Source of the DNA: an uncultured Holophagales bacterium
Lineage (GTDB): Bacteria; Acidobacteriota; Thermoanaerobaculia; Multivoradales; UBA5704
Reading direction: 5' to 3'
NCBI GenBank assembly: GCA_963842525.1
Contig: CAWJGT010000003.1
Span: 128,001-192,000 of the forward strand
DNA length: 64,000 nt
A program made the translations under genes and the position numbers. Positions 9,762-20,202 of this stretch are shown here, in pieces. The notes below the pieces were generated by a model. It searched no databases, was not told the origin of the DNA, and saw only the letters and a list, made by a program, of their open reading frames with translations. Each line of letters begins with the position of its first letter. The first letter of the stretch is position 1.

Positions 9762-10760
9762 GTGGCGAAGCACGATACCAGCTACAAGGCGCTGTTCTCT
9801 TATCCCGAAATGGTGGCCGACCTGATTCGCGGCTTCGTCCGCGAGGAGTGGGTTGCCGAGCTCGACTTCTCCACCCTGGAGAAGGTTCCGGCGAGCTTCG
9901 TCACGCCGGATATGAGTCCCCGCGAGAGTGACGGCCTCTGGCGGCTGCGCTGGGGACGCAAGCGCTGGCTCTACGTCTACATCCTCCTGGAGTTCCAGTC
10001 CAAGGTCGATCCTTTCATGGCGCTGCGCGTGATGGTCTACCTGGGCCTGCTCTATCAACACCTGATCAGGGAGCACCAGCTCACAGCCTCCGGCAAGCTT
10101 CCCGCGGTCCTGCCGCTGGTTCTCTATAATGGGTTGAAGCCTTGGCGGGCCGCCCTGGACATCGCCGAGCTGATCGAAGATGTTCCGGGCGGTCTGGAGC
10201 GCTATCGGCCGCAGCTCCGCTATTGTCTTCTGGACGAAGGGCGGATTGCGACGGCCGAGCTGGGGTCGCTGCGGAACCTGACGGCGGCGCTGTTCCGGTT
10301 GGAGAAGAGCCGTGGCCCTGAGGAGATCGAAGGGATCCTGGTCGCCCTGATCGAGTGGCTCCAGGAGCCGGAGCTGGCCGAACTGCGGCGCGCGTTTGCC
10401 ACCTGGCTGCGGGATGTTCTGCTCCCCGCCCGGGTGCCTGGAGTGGAGATTCCGCAGATGGCGGATCTCGAGGAGGTCAAGACGATGCTGGCGGAACGAG
10501 TCAAGGAGTGGACCCGCGAGTGGCAGCAGGAGGGCTTCGAGAAGGGGCTCGAGAAGGGGCTCGAAAAGGGGCTTGAGAAGGGGCGTGCGGAAGGGCTTGA
10601 GAAGGGGCGCGCCGTTCTGATCCGCCAATTGGAGAGGCGCTTCGGGCCTCTGCCTCAAGAAGCCCGGCAGTGCATCGAAGCGCTCGATCTTGAGGCGATC
10701 GTGGAGCTGAGCGCCGCGGTTGCGACGGCCCCGTCGCTTGCGGCTTTAGGGTTGAGCTGA
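9762..10760 (+). CDS. Rpn family (YhgA-like) recombination-promoting nuclease with C-terminal DUF4351-like domain
   Basis: HDTSYKALF, RESDGLW, YILLEFQS, PLVLYNG and GLEK repeats. Confidence 0.9.
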   Translation: MAKHDTSYKALFSYPEMVADLIRGFVREEWVAELDFSTLEKVPASFVTPDMSPRESDGLWRLRWGRKRWLYVYILLEFQSKVDPFMALRVMVYLGLLYQHLIREHQLTASGKLPAVLPLVLYNGLKPWRAALDIAELIEDVPGGLERYRPQLRYCLLDEGRIATAELGSLRNLTAALFRLEKSRGPEEIEGILVALIEWLQEPELAELRRAFATWLRDVLLPARVPGVEIPQMADLEEVKTMLAERVKEWTREWQQEGFEKGLEKGLEKGLEKGRAEGLEKGRAVLIRQLERRFGPLPQEARQCIEALDLEAIVELSAAVATAPSLAALGLS

Positions 10761-10969
10761 CGAGGGCTAGGCCGGTCGATCTCGTTCGCTCGCAACGATT
10801 TCGAACACCGGGCTGAGGCCGAAGCCTTCGGCTGGTCGCCCCAGATTCCGGCCTCGCTTGGGTCGAGACGTAAGATAAGATACGGTCTTGCGGCCGGTTG
10901 GGGCGTGGTGCCTGCCTCTCGCAGTAGGTCCCCGTTTTGCAGAGCAACTCCCGAGAGAGGTAGTAGACG

Positions 10970-12415
10970 ATGCGTGATCGTGATCGCGGCAAAGCCAAAG
11001 CCGCTGGCTGTTTCCTCCGTACCCTGCTGGCCCTGGCACTCCTGGTGGTGGCCGTGGCGGCGTTCGCCACCTTCTACACGGGGGCCACGCCGGAGGTGAG
11101 CGTCCAGTCCAAGCTGCCCGGCATCGGCCGGCGGACGCCGATCCACATCCGGATCGAGGACCCGCAGCGGGTCTCCAAGGTCAAGGTCGAGGTGGTTCAG
11201 GGTGCGGACGTCAAGCCGGTCCAGGAGAAGGAGCTCCAGCCGGGGTCGTCGTTCGCCTTCGGCGGCGGCGAGCCGGTCGACATGACCGTCGAGGTCGGCC
11301 GCGAGACGGTCCAGGGGCTGCGCTCGGGTGAGGCCACGGTGCGGGTGACGGCGGAGCGGGCGGGGACCTGGCTGCGGCGGCCGGCGCCGGTCGTGGCCGA
11401 GGTCAAGCTCCCAGTCCGCCTGGCGCCGCCGACCCTGCAGATCCAGTCGAATTTCCACTACGTGAACCAGGGCGGCAGCGAGGTGGTGGTCTACCGGGTT
11501 GGCGAGGGGGCGATCCGCGACGGCGTCCAGTCCGGCGACTGGTGGTTCCCGGGCTTCCCCTTCCCCGGCAGCAACGACAAGCAGCAGCGCTTCGCCTTCT
11601 TCGCCGTGCCGTACGACATGGGCGATGCATCGCGCATCCGGCTGGTCGCGGTCGACGAGGTGGGCAACCGGGCCGAGGCCGGGTTCATCGACAAGTTCAC
11701 CCCGCGGCCACTGAAGACCGACACGATCGATGTGAACGACGCCTTCATGAACAAGGTCGTGCCCGAGATCATGTCGCAATCGTCCGAGGTTTCGGACCAA
11801 GGAAACCTCCTGGCCAACTACCTGGAGATCAATCGCAACCTGCGAAAGAAGAACGCGCAGACGCTCAAGGATTTGGGGCAGAAGTCGGCCCGTCAGTTCC
11901 TTTGGAGCCAGCCCTTCGAGCCGATGATGAATGCCGCGATCACCGCCGCCTTCGCCGACCGCCGGACCTATACCTACAACGGCAAGAACGTCGACCAGCA
12001 GGACCACCTCGGCTTCGACATGGCCTCGGTCGAGCGCGACGCCATCAAGGCCTCGAACAACGGCCGGGTGGTGCTGGCGCGCTTCTTCGGGATCTATGGC
12101 AACGCCGTGGTGATCGACCACGGCTATGGCATCCAGAGCCTCTACGGGCACCTCTCCTCAATCGGGGTGCGCGAAGGGCAGGAGGTCCAGCGCGGCCAGG
12201 AGCTGGGCCGCTCCGGCCAGACCGGCCTCGCGGCCGGCGACCACCTGCACTTCACCATGCTCCTCCAGGGCCTGGCCGTGACGCCGGTCGAGTGGTGGGA
12301 CCCGCACTGGATCCAGGACCGCGTCGCGCGGAAGCTGGGGCCGACGCTGCCGTACAACGCCAAGGCGGCAGCGCCGGCGGCGTCCGCTACATCACCAGCG
12401 CGTACCCGACCTTGA
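10970..12415 (+). CDS. M23 family metallopeptidase
   Basis: HLGFD, YGNAVVIDHG, YGHL, HLHF; N-terminal membrane anchor. Confidence 0.9.
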   Translation: MRDRDRGKAKAAGCFLRTLLALALLVVAVAAFATFYTGATPEVSVQSKLPGIGRRTPIHIRIEDPQRVSKVKVEVVQGADVKPVQEKELQPGSSFAFGGGEPVDMTVEVGRETVQGLRSGEATVRVTAERAGTWLRRPAPVVAEVKLPVRLAPPTLQIQSNFHYVNQGGSEVVVYRVGEGAIRDGVQSGDWWFPGFPFPGSNDKQQRFAFFAVPYDMGDASRIRLVAVDEVGNRAEAGFIDKFTPRPLKTDTIDVNDAFMNKVVPEIMSQSSEVSDQGNLLANYLEINRNLRKKNAQTLKDLGQKSARQFLWSQPFEPMMNAAITAAFADRRTYTYNGKNVDQQDHLGFDMASVERDAIKASNNGRVVLARFFGIYGNAVVIDHGYGIQSLYGHLSSIGVREGQEVQRGQELGRSGQTGLAAGDHLHFTMLLQGLAVTPVEWWDPHWIQDRVARKLGPTLPYNAKAAAPAASATSPARTRP

Positions 12416-14753
12416 AGAACAGCGTCCGGTCGGCGCGGGTGAGGTCGACGATCTCGTCGCGCCGCACCTCGCCGCCGACCTGGTTGTCCGAGTAGCCGAG
12501 GAAGAGCACCGTCTGCGGGTTCAGCTTGTAGGAGAAGAGGAGCTGGCTGAACAGGTGCTCGTCCTGGCTCGGCACCTCGGCAGCCGTGTAGAGGTCCTGG
12601 TTGTACCGGAAGTCCTCGTACAGGAAGGTGGCGCGGACGAAGGTGCGGATGTTGATCTGGTAGACCGCCCGCATCTCGCTCAGGTTGACCTCCAACAGCT
12701 CCTCGTCGCGCACCGTCACCCGTTGCAGGTCGTGGGAGGCGGTCATCCGGAGGTGGCGGCCGAAGTTGTAGCCGACCCAGGGGCGGATGCGCAGCAGGTC
12801 GCCCGCCCGGGTATGGGCGAAGTCGATGGTGTCCGCCACCGTCGAGGACAGCCCGAGGTCGAGGGCGCCCGTGGGCCGCATTTCCATCTCGAAGTGGGTG
12901 AAGCGCTCGTCGAAGGTGACTCCGTTCCAGAACCGGTCGCGCCGACCCGTGTCGATCATGTAGAACGACTGCAGCGGGCCACGGAGCTGGAGCCAGGTCT
13001 CGAGCTCGCGTTCGAGGACGTTGCCGCCGGCGTCTTCGGTCTGGTCCCAGTCGCCGCCGAAGGTGAAGCTGGTCCACCAGCCGTCCGGCTTCTTGGCCCA
13101 CCAGGTGTGCTCGAGCCCGGCGAGGCCCAAGGTATAGCCGACCTGCGGCATGAAGCCGAGATCGGCACGGAACTCGGGGTCGATGTCCTCGTAGCGCGCC
13201 CACCAACCCCAGTTTCGCGTGCCGTGGTTGTAGCCGACGCGCCAAGCCGAGCCGTCGAGCTGCCCCTCCGGCAGGCCGTCTCCTCCTGTCCCTCCTGCCG
13301 CTCCCGCCCCCCCCGGATACTCCGTCCGGGAGCCGAGAGCATGGGCGGTCACCACGTCGCTCGGCGTCGGGCGCCAACGGCCGTCGATCCCGAAGACGTC
13401 GTTCGAGTAGTCGCCGCCCGCGCGGTGGGTCATCACCGCGCCCAGGGTGGAGGAGGCCCCGAGGTCCACCCGATAGCGCAGGGCGGCGTTGGTCGTCTGT
13501 TCCTTGAGCTCCAGGCTCCTGGAGGACTGGCTGCTGGGGAGGAGGGACGTGCTCGCGTCGTCCTGCGCCACGAAGACGCCGATGCCGTGCCTGCCCTCCT
13601 TGCCGGTCAGCTTCGCGCCCCACGACGGGTCGACCACGGTGCGGGTATGCACGATGTTGAAGGGGGTCTCGAAGAAATCCGCCCCCTCCAGGAAGAACGG
13701 CCGCTTTTCCGGATAGAAGAGCGCGAACTGGCTGTTGACGTCGAACTGGGTGGCATCGGCCTCGACCTGCGAGAAGTCGGGGTTGAGGGCGCCGGAGAGG
13801 ATCAGGTTCGGAGTGATCCCCCAGCGTGCCGTGAGCCCCAGGTTGGCCTCTGGGTCGCCATCCTCGATCGAGCCGCGGGGGAAGTCCTGCCGCGCGTCGG
13901 TCCGATGGGCCGTCAGCGTGGGGTCGAGCTCGATGTTGCGCCCCGGCGTGACCCCTGCGAATCCGGTCACCTTCGGGATCTGGCAGAGCAGGCAGTTGTC
14001 GTCCGGGTCGACCGTCGCGGTGGTCATCTGGTGGCGCCGGCTGCGGGGGTAGGAGCGGAAGGCGCCGAGCCCCCAGGTCTGCTCCCCCGCGGCGCGCTGG
14101 AACCGCAGCGAGCTGAACGGGATGGCGATCTCGACCGTGTACCCCTGCTCGTCGATGCGGCCCGCGGACTGCCAGATGGCGTCCCAGGCGGCATCCTCCT
14201 CCTCGTCCGCGGTCTCGTCGAGAGAGAGGTCCATCTGCACGCCCAGCGGGTTGACGAAGATCTCGAAGCCGCGGCGCTCGTCGTTGAAGGTATCAAGGAA
14301 GAGGCCGACGAAGTCGTCGCGGAACGGCGTATCGCGGTCCGCGAGGTTGGCGCGGATCGCCGGCGGGTCTGGGTCGTAGGCCCGGAAGGCGGCATAGAGC
14401 TTGTCGCTGTCGTAGGCCAGGTAGGCGATCGTCCTGACCGGCGCCGGCACGTTCTTGCCCGGATCGATCTCGTTGTCGACGCGGACGACCAGGGCATGGC
14501 GCCAGGCCTCCTCCTGGAGGAGCCCGTCGATCCGGATCTCCGAGGTGATGCGAGGCATCCGGTAGTGCAGCTTGCCCGCGGTCGTACGTTCCGGAGCAGT
14601 CGGCTCCGTCGCCTCCAGGGTGAGCTCGGCCGGCGCGGCGGCAGCGGCTCCGAGCGGAAAGGACAGGGTCAGGGTCGCAAGCAGGCAGGTGGAACGGAGT
14701 GATTTCAAGTCAGGGCCCTCCGGCAGATTCAATCTCCGCCCTGACGTACGCAA
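12387..14753 (-). CDS. CBM9-like / DUF5916 outer-membrane protein (start uncertain, possibly ~14708)
   Basis: IDGLLQEEAW, EIAIPFSSLRF, LNPDFSQVEAD, FYPEKRPFFLEG; beta-barrel-like C-terminus. Confidence 0.8.
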   Translation of the reverse strand: MRTSGRRLNLPEGPDLKSLRSTCLLATLTLSFPLGAAAAAPAELTLEATEPTAPERTTAGKLHYRMPRITSEIRIDGLLQEEAWRHALVVRVDNEIDPGKNVPAPVRTIAYLAYDSDKLYAAFRAYDPDPPAIRANLADRDTPFRDDFVGLFLDTFNDERRGFEIFVNPLGVQMDLSLDETADEEEDAAWDAIWQSAGRIDEQGYTVEIAIPFSSLRFQRAAGEQTWGLGAFRSYPRSRRHQMTTATVDPDDNCLLCQIPKVTGFAGVTPGRNIELDPTLTAHRTDARQDFPRGSIEDGDPEANLGLTARWGITPNLILSGALNPDFSQVEADATQFDVNSQFALFYPEKRPFFLEGADFFETPFNIVHTRTVVDPSWGAKLTGKEGRHGIGVFVAQDDASTSLLPSSQSSRSLELKEQTTNAALRYRVDLGASSTLGAVMTHRAGGDYSNDVFGIDGRWRPTPSDVVTAHALGSRTEYPGGAGAAGGTGGDGLPEGQLDGSAWRVGYNHGTRNWGWWARYEDIDPEFRADLGFMPQVGYTLGLAGLEHTWWAKKPDGWWTSFTFGGDWDQTEDAGGNVLERELETWLQLRGPLQSFYMIDTGRRDRFWNGVTFDERFTHFEMEMRPTGALDLGLSSTVADTIDFAHTRAGDLLRIRPWVGYNFGRHLRMTASHDLQRVTVRDEELLEVNLSEMRAVYQINIRTFVRATFLYEDFRYNQDLYTAAEVPSQDEHLFSQLLFSYKLNPQTVLFLGYSDNQVGGEVRRDEIVDLTRADRTLFFKVGYALVM

Positions 14754-14778
14754 AGAGGGGGGGCTGGGTTACAACGGG

Positions 14779-14931
14779 CCCTCACCCCCCTGGCCCCCCT
14801 CTCCCATCCGCACTCCCTGCCCCCGGGAGAGGGGGGAAGAAGGCAGAGAAGCCATCTCATTGTCGGATCACCACGACTCCCCTCTCCCGGTGGATCGGGA
14901 GTGCGGATGGGAGAGGGGCCGGGGGTGAGGG
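14779..14931. repeat. PSP-type long palindromic element (family 1)
   Basis: CCCTCACCCC...CTCTCCC at the left end, GGGAGAGGGGCCGGGGGTGAGGG at the right end. Confidence 0.8.
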
Positions 14932-14932
14932 C

Positions 14933-15646
14933 TCAGCGTCGCCGGCGGGCGTTCTGGCGGGCCTGGAGCAGCTCGGGCAGGTGCTCCAGGATCCAGCGGT
15001 CGGCGCGGTCGAGGTTGCGGTACAGCCTCTCCCGGCGCCGGAACTCCGGCGTATGGAAGTACCGCCGGCCGTTGCGCACCACCGGCGGCAGGTCGGCGTG
15101 CAGCAACTCGTGGTAGACGACCGCCTCGAGGACGTAGCGGGGCACCATGGGCTGGTCGAGCACCCGGTGCAGGCGGATCAGCCGGTCCTCGTAAGAGTAG
15201 CTGCCGAGCTGGAGGCTGGACGTGCGGCGGCCCCGCCGGCAGCGGTGGGCCTCGCCGACCGAGGACCGTCCCCAGGTGATCTCGACCTTCAACCGGCTGT
15301 CGAAGTAGCGCTGGTTCAAGTCGTCCACGATCTGGCGCAGGTCGCAGGAGATCCCCTCGGTCCGGAGCGAGGCGCGGCGGGGGCGTCCACCCTCTGCCTT
15401 GTGGGAGAAGTGCTGGCGGATCGTGAGCAGGGCCTGCCGCGACTTGTCGGTCCCCTTGCGGCTCTCGACGAAGACGGCCACGGCGGCAAGGACCTCCGGC
15501 GGCGCGTCCAGGAAGCAGCGGTGGATGCGCAGCGCAAGCTGGTCCCCGGGCCGGCCCGGCCGGACGCTCAGGATCGTGCGGCGGTTCTCGGTCAGCGTCA
15601 GTGCGGCGACGCGTCCGCCGGTCAGGCGGTTCAAGGCTCGCATCAA
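14933..15646 (-). CDS. SprT-like / M48-like zinc metalloprotease-domain protein
   Basis: LNQRYF, LGSY, IRLHRVLD, YHELLH, HTPEF. Confidence 0.75.
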   Translation of the reverse strand: MMRALNRLTGGRVAALTLTENRRTILSVRPGRPGDQLALRIHRCFLDAPPEVLAAVAVFVESRKGTDKSRQALLTIRQHFSHKAEGGRPRRASLRTEGISCDLRQIVDDLNQRYFDSRLKVEITWGRSSVGEAHRCRRGRRTSSLQLGSYSYEDRLIRLHRVLDQPMVPRYVLEAVVYHELLHADLPPVVRNGRRYFHTPEFRRRERLYRNLDRADRWILEHLPELLQARQNARRRR

Positions 15647-15983
15647 GGCGAGCCGCGGACCTTCCGGATTGGGGACGACCGTGGGCCGGGGGTGCTCGCC
15701 CGTGGCCCGGGGCAGGACTCGGATGCCCGTTCCCGAACAGCTCCAATTGGAGCGGACGGCGACCCGCCGGTCCAGCGGGACGACCGGCGGACCGGCGCAA
15801 AGGTCCGCGGGAGGGTTCCCTGGAGGGGCGAGGAAGAGCCTGGCTCGAAGATCTCATGCGTCGTCGATCCCCTCTTGGCCGACAGAGGAAGGACACTCTA
15901 GCACAGGGGTCTCACCCCGCCGGTTCCGTTCGACCTCTCTTGAACCCAGACGTTGCTTGGACTATGGTGCACAGGGTAACCCG

Positions 15984-17321
15984 ATGCAGAAAGATCACGG
16001 CCTGCAGAGACTGGTCACGCTGATCCGCGAGCGGACAGGCAACGTCGTCCCGCCGAGCCGGTATGCATTCCTTGAAGAGCTGATCGAGCGGCGGTCCCAG
16101 GCCCGGCGCTGCGGCTCGGCGGCCGAATACGTCCGGGAGCTGGAGACCGGCGGGGTGCCGGGGGAGTGGGAGAACCTCATCCCCCTGGTCACCATCAAGG
16201 AGTCGTACTTCTTCCGGGCGCCGCAGCAGTTCGACATCATCCGCGAACAGATCCTGCCACAGCTCGTCCGCGCCCGGGCCTCCGCGAAGCATCTGCGCAT
16301 CTGGTCCGCGGCCTGCGCGCGAGGGGAGGAGCCGGCGACGCTTGCCATGGTGCTGGCCGAGGAGCGCGCGCTGGCCGGCTGGACGTGGAGCATCATGGCG
16401 ACCGACCTCGACGAGGAGGCCCTTGCCGGAGCGCGGCTGGGGCTCTACGGCGAGCGGGCCGTGGCGCAGGTGCCGCCGCCGCTCGCCCAACGCTATTTCA
16501 GCCCGCGCGGCAAGCTCTACGAGCTCGATCCGGCGTTGCGCGCACGCATCGAATACCGGCTGCTGAACCTGGCCGAGCCGCCATACCCCCTGCCGGCGCG
16601 CGGGTTCGACCTTATCCTGCTGCGCAACGTCCTCATCTACTTCCGCCAGCCCCTCCAGCGGCGGGTCGTGACACACGCCGCGCAGCACCTCTCCGCGGAA
16701 GGCTACCTTTTCCTGGGCGCCTCCGAGACCCTCTGGCAGATCCAGGAGGAGGGCCTGGAGGCCGCGGGCCTCGGCTCCTGCTTCGCGTACCGGCTGCCCC
16801 GGGAGCCCCGGGCGGAGCGCTCTCCCACGAAAGCCGCACGGCCGGCTGCAGGACCGGAGGAGCGCTCCGTGCCCCCGGTCGTCGTCTCCTCCAGGCCGGA
16901 GCCGCCCCTGAAGCCCGAAGACGTCCAGGAGCGTCTGCGGGCTGCGGCCCGCAGCCTGGCCGGGAACCGGATCGACGAGGCGAGCCGGGCGCTCGAGCAG
17001 GTGCTGGCGGCGGACCCGTCGGAGCCGGCCGGCCACGCCCTGGAGGGGTTCCTCCACGACGTCACCGGCCGCACCGGCGAGGCGGTCGTCTCCTACCGCG
17101 CCGCGCTCTACCTCGACCCCGAGCTCTACCAGGTGCGCCTCCTGCTGGCCGACTGCCTCCTGCGCCTCGGCAACCGCGACCGGGCCGAGCACCACTACCG
17201 CGAGGTCCTGACCCATCTCGGCAACGACCGCCAGCGGGACCTGCAGATCCTGGAGGACCTCCCGTTCCCGGACCGCCTCCGGGCGCGGAAGCGGTGCCGG
17301 CAGGTGCTGGGGGGCGGGTAG
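15984..17321 (+). CDS. CheR family methyltransferase with TPR (WspC-like)
   Basis: TIKESYFFR, IWSAACARGEE, ATDLD, RNVLIYF, GASE; C-terminal TPRs. Confidence 0.9.
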   Translation: MQKDHGLQRLVTLIRERTGNVVPPSRYAFLEELIERRSQARRCGSAAEYVRELETGGVPGEWENLIPLVTIKESYFFRAPQQFDIIREQILPQLVRARASAKHLRIWSAACARGEEPATLAMVLAEERALAGWTWSIMATDLDEEALAGARLGLYGERAVAQVPPPLAQRYFSPRGKLYELDPALRARIEYRLLNLAEPPYPLPARGFDLILLRNVLIYFRQPLQRRVVTHAAQHLSAEGYLFLGASETLWQIQEEGLEAAGLGSCFAYRLPREPRAERSPTKAARPAAGPEERSVPPVVVSSRPEPPLKPEDVQERLRAAARSLAGNRIDEASRALEQVLAADPSEPAGHALEGFLHDVTGRTGEAVVSYRAALYLDPELYQVRLLLADCLLRLGNRDRAEHHYREVLTHLGNDRQRDLQILEDLPFPDRLRARKRCRQVLGGG

Positions 17322-17366
17322 GCTCCCCTGGCATCCTCCCGCCGATCGCGCTACATTCAGACTTGT

Positions 17367-18176
17367 ATGGCTGTTCGCGTCCGCCCCGCCGCTGTGGCCG
17401 GAGCGTTCTACCCCGGCTCCCCGGACACCCTGCGGTCGACCGTCGAAGGCCTTCTCGCAGAGGCTCCAGCGCCGGATGGTCCCCCGCTCAAGGCGCCCAA
17501 GGCGATCATTGTGCCTCATGCGGGGTACGTCTATTCGGGGCCGGTCGCCGCGTCCGCGTTCCGGACCGTCACTCCCCTGGCCGGGTCGATCGAGACGGTC
17601 GTGCTTCTGGGGCCCGCCCACTTCGTGCCGATCCAGGGGCTCGCTTTGCCGGACACGCGGGCCTTCGAGACGCCGCTCGGCCAGGTGGCGATCGATCCCG
17701 AGGGAGTCCAGGCCGCGAGCCGGCTGCCGCAGGTCCGGGTCCAGCCGGCGGCCCATGCCCAGGAGCACTCCCTGGAGGTCGAGCTGCCGTTCCTCCAGGT
17801 CCTCCTGGGGGAGGGCTTCAAGATCGTCCCTCTGGTGGTCGGCGATACTGACGGTGACGAGGTGGCCGAGGTGCTGGAACGGCTTTGGGGCGGGCCGGAG
17901 ACCCTGATCGTCATCAGCTCGGACCTGTCCCACTACCTCTCCTATGAGCAGGCGCGGGAGGCCGACCGCCGGACCGCGCAAGAGATCCTGGAGCTGGGAG
18001 GGCCGCTCAAGGGGCGGCAGGCCTGCGGCGCGCGGCCGATCAACGGCCTGCTCGCGGCGGCCCGCCGGCTGGGGCTCACCCCCGAGCTGCTCGACCTGCG
18101 CAACTCAGGAGACACCGCAGGAGACCGCTCCCGGGTCGTCGGCTATGGTGCCTTCGCCTTTCGGGAGGCGGCATGA
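17367..18176 (+). CDS. amrB: AmmeMemoRadiSam system protein B (MEMO1 family)
   Basis: RPAAVAGAFYP, PHAGYVYSG, EHSLEVELPF, SSDLSHY, RVVGY. Confidence 0.9.
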   Translation: MAVRVRPAAVAGAFYPGSPDTLRSTVEGLLAEAPAPDGPPLKAPKAIIVPHAGYVYSGPVAASAFRTVTPLAGSIETVVLLGPAHFVPIQGLALPDTRAFETPLGQVAIDPEGVQAASRLPQVRVQPAAHAQEHSLEVELPFLQVLLGEGFKIVPLVVGDTDGDEVAEVLERLWGGPETLIVISSDLSHYLSYEQAREADRRTAQEILELGGPLKGRQACGARPINGLLAAARRLGLTPELLDLRNSGDTAGDRSRVVGYGAFAFREAA

Positions 18177-18787
18177 GAGAACCCCAGGGTGAGATCCTCC
18201 TGGTGATCGCGCGGAAGAGCCTCGCCGATGCGTTCGGGCTGGGGGAGGGGGCGGAGTATGGCAAAGGCGAGCCCTGGCTCCGGGAGCCGGGCGCCTCCTT
18301 CGTGACCCTGATGCGGTACGACCAGCTCCGCGGCTGCGTCGGCTCGGTCCGCGCCTACCGGCCGCTGCTCGAAGACGTCTGGTCCAATGCCCGCGCCGCG
18401 GCCTTTTCGGACACCCGGTTCCCGCCCCTCGGACGCGACGAGCTGCCGGACGTCTCGATCGAGGTCTCCCTCCTGTCCGCGGCCGAGCCGATGGAGTGCT
18501 CGTCCGAAGCGGAGGCCCTGGCCCTCCTGCGCCCGGGCCATGACGGCGTGATTTTCGAGTGCGACGACTGCCGCAGCACCTTCCTGCCCCAGGTCTGGGA
18601 CCAGCTCCCGGACCCCCGCGACTTCCTCGGCCACCTCAAGCGCAAGGCCGGCCTGCCTCCGACCTTCTGGAGCCCGCAGGTCCGTCTGTTGCGCTACACG
18701 GTCACGAAGTGGGTGGAGCGGGAGAGGACCCCTCACCCCCGGCCCCTCTCCCAACCGCCCTCCCGGCCCCCCGGGAGAGGGGAGTAA
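18173..18787 (+). CDS. amrA: AmmeMemoRadiSam system protein A (AMMECR1 family)
   Basis: SFVTL, LRGCVG, AAFSDTRF, TFLPQVW, LKRKAG; ATGA coupling to amrB. Confidence 0.9.
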   Translation: MREPQGEILLVIARKSLADAFGLGEGAEYGKGEPWLREPGASFVTLMRYDQLRGCVGSVRAYRPLLEDVWSNARAAAFSDTRFPPLGRDELPDVSIEVSLLSAAEPMECSSEAEALALLRPGHDGVIFECDDCRSTFLPQVWDQLPDPRDFLGHLKRKAGLPPTFWSPQVRLLRYTVTKWVERERTPHPRPLSQPPSRPPGRGE

Positions 18788-18860
18788 AAGTCGCTTCTGT
18801 TCCCCCCTCTCCCGGAGGTTGTGGGGGGCGGATGGGAGAGGGGGGTTAGGGGGGTGAGGG
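18730..18860. repeat. PSP-type long palindromic element (family 1)
   Basis: Same termini as 14779; overlaps the 3' end of amrA. Confidence 0.8.
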
Positions 18861-20057
18861 CTACTCCGTCCGTAGCGCCTCGATCGGATCGAGAGCGGCG
18901 GCGCGGCGGGCGGGGAGGACGCCTGAGAGCAGGCCGGTGACGACGCTGACTGCCACCGCCAGCACCACGAAGAGCAGCGGCGTGTGGATGGGCAGGCCGG
19001 GCACGGCGAGGCGGAGCAGGGTGGCGAGGCCGAGCCCGGCGAGCACCCCGATCGAGCCTCCCAGCGTGGCCAGGGCCGCGGCCTCGGTCAGGAAGAGGAG
19101 CTGGACCTGCCGCTGTGTGGCCCCGATCGCCCGCACCAGGCCGATCTCGGAGGTCCGCTCGCCCACCGCGATCCACATCATCGTCAGGATGCCGATCGCC
19201 CCCACGAGCAGCGAGATGCCGGCGATCGCTCCCACCGACATCGTGACCACGTTCATGACGTTGTCGAAGACGACCAGCATGGCCTCCTGGCTGGTGATCG
19301 TGAAATCTTCGTTGCCGCCGTGCCGGTCGGTCAGCACGCGCCGGACGTCCCGCTCCACCCGGTCGGTCAGGCCGGCGTGGCTGAAGACGATGTGGATCTC
19401 GTTGACCTCCGGGAGGTTGAAGATCCGCAGGGCGGTGGCCACGGGGATGTAGGCGGCGTCGTCGATGTCGAAGCCGAGGAACTGGCCTTTCGGCTCCATG
19501 ATCCCGATCACCCGGAAGCGGCTGCCGGCGATGCGGACGAACCGGCCCAGCGCGTTCGCTTCGCCGAACAGCTCGCGCTTGAGCTTCGGCCCGAGGACGA
19601 CCACCTGGGAGCCCCGGCGCGGGTCCCCCTCCGGCCAGAAGATGCCCTGCCGGACGCGGAACTTCCACGCCCGCGGCACGTTCGGCGTGACTCCATAGAT
19701 GAAGACGCTGCGCCCGCGGCCGCCTCCCTCGACCCTGGCGGTGCCGTAGCCGTTGGCCACGATCTCCTCGACGCCCGCGATCCGCCCCAGGGCCATGGCG
19801 TCGTCGATCGTCAGCTTGCGCGTGGTGCCGCCGAACACCCCCGGGATGCCGCTTGTCTGCGACTTGCCCGGCACCACCGACAGGATGTTGGTGCCGAACT
19901 GGGAGAACTGGCTGACCACGTAGCGCCGCGTCCCCTCGCCGATCGAGGTCAGCAGGATCACCGAGGCGATGCCGATGGCGATGCCCAGCATGGACAGGGC
20001 CGACCGCAGCTTCTGCCCGGCGACGGCGTGGAAGGCGAGGCGGAGGAGGTCCCTCAC
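18861..20057 (-). CDS. ABC transporter permease (MacB/FtsX type)
   Basis: LSMLGIAIGIASV, ERTSEIG, PARRAAALDPIEALR. Confidence 0.9.
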   Translation of the reverse strand: MRDLLRLAFHAVAGQKLRSALSMLGIAIGIASVILLTSIGEGTRRYVVSQFSQFGTNILSVVPGKSQTSGIPGVFGGTTRKLTIDDAMALGRIAGVEEIVANGYGTARVEGGGRGRSVFIYGVTPNVPRAWKFRVRQGIFWPEGDPRRGSQVVVLGPKLKRELFGEANALGRFVRIAGSRFRVIGIMEPKGQFLGFDIDDAAYIPVATALRIFNLPEVNEIHIVFSHAGLTDRVERDVRRVLTDRHGGNEDFTITSQEAMLVVFDNVMNVVTMSVGAIAGISLLVGAIGILTMMWIAVGERTSEIGLVRAIGATQRQVQLLFLTEAAALATLGGSIGVLAGLGLATLLRLAVPGLPIHTPLLFVVLAVAVSVVTGLLSGVLPARRAAALDPIEALRTE

Positions 20058-20201
20058 CCCCCTGACCCCCCTCTCCCATCCTCACTCCCTTCCCCCGGGA
20101 GAGGGGGGAAAAAGGAAAAAAGATAGGGTGGAATGCTTTTGTTTTGCTCCCCTCTCCCGGGTGGTCGGGAGTGCGGGTGGGAGAGGGGCCGGGGGTGAGG
20201 G
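20051..20201. repeat. PSP-type long palindromic element (family 1)
   Basis: Lies between the two permease genes and includes the predicted GTG start at 20057. Confidence 0.8.
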
Positions 20202-20202
20202 T

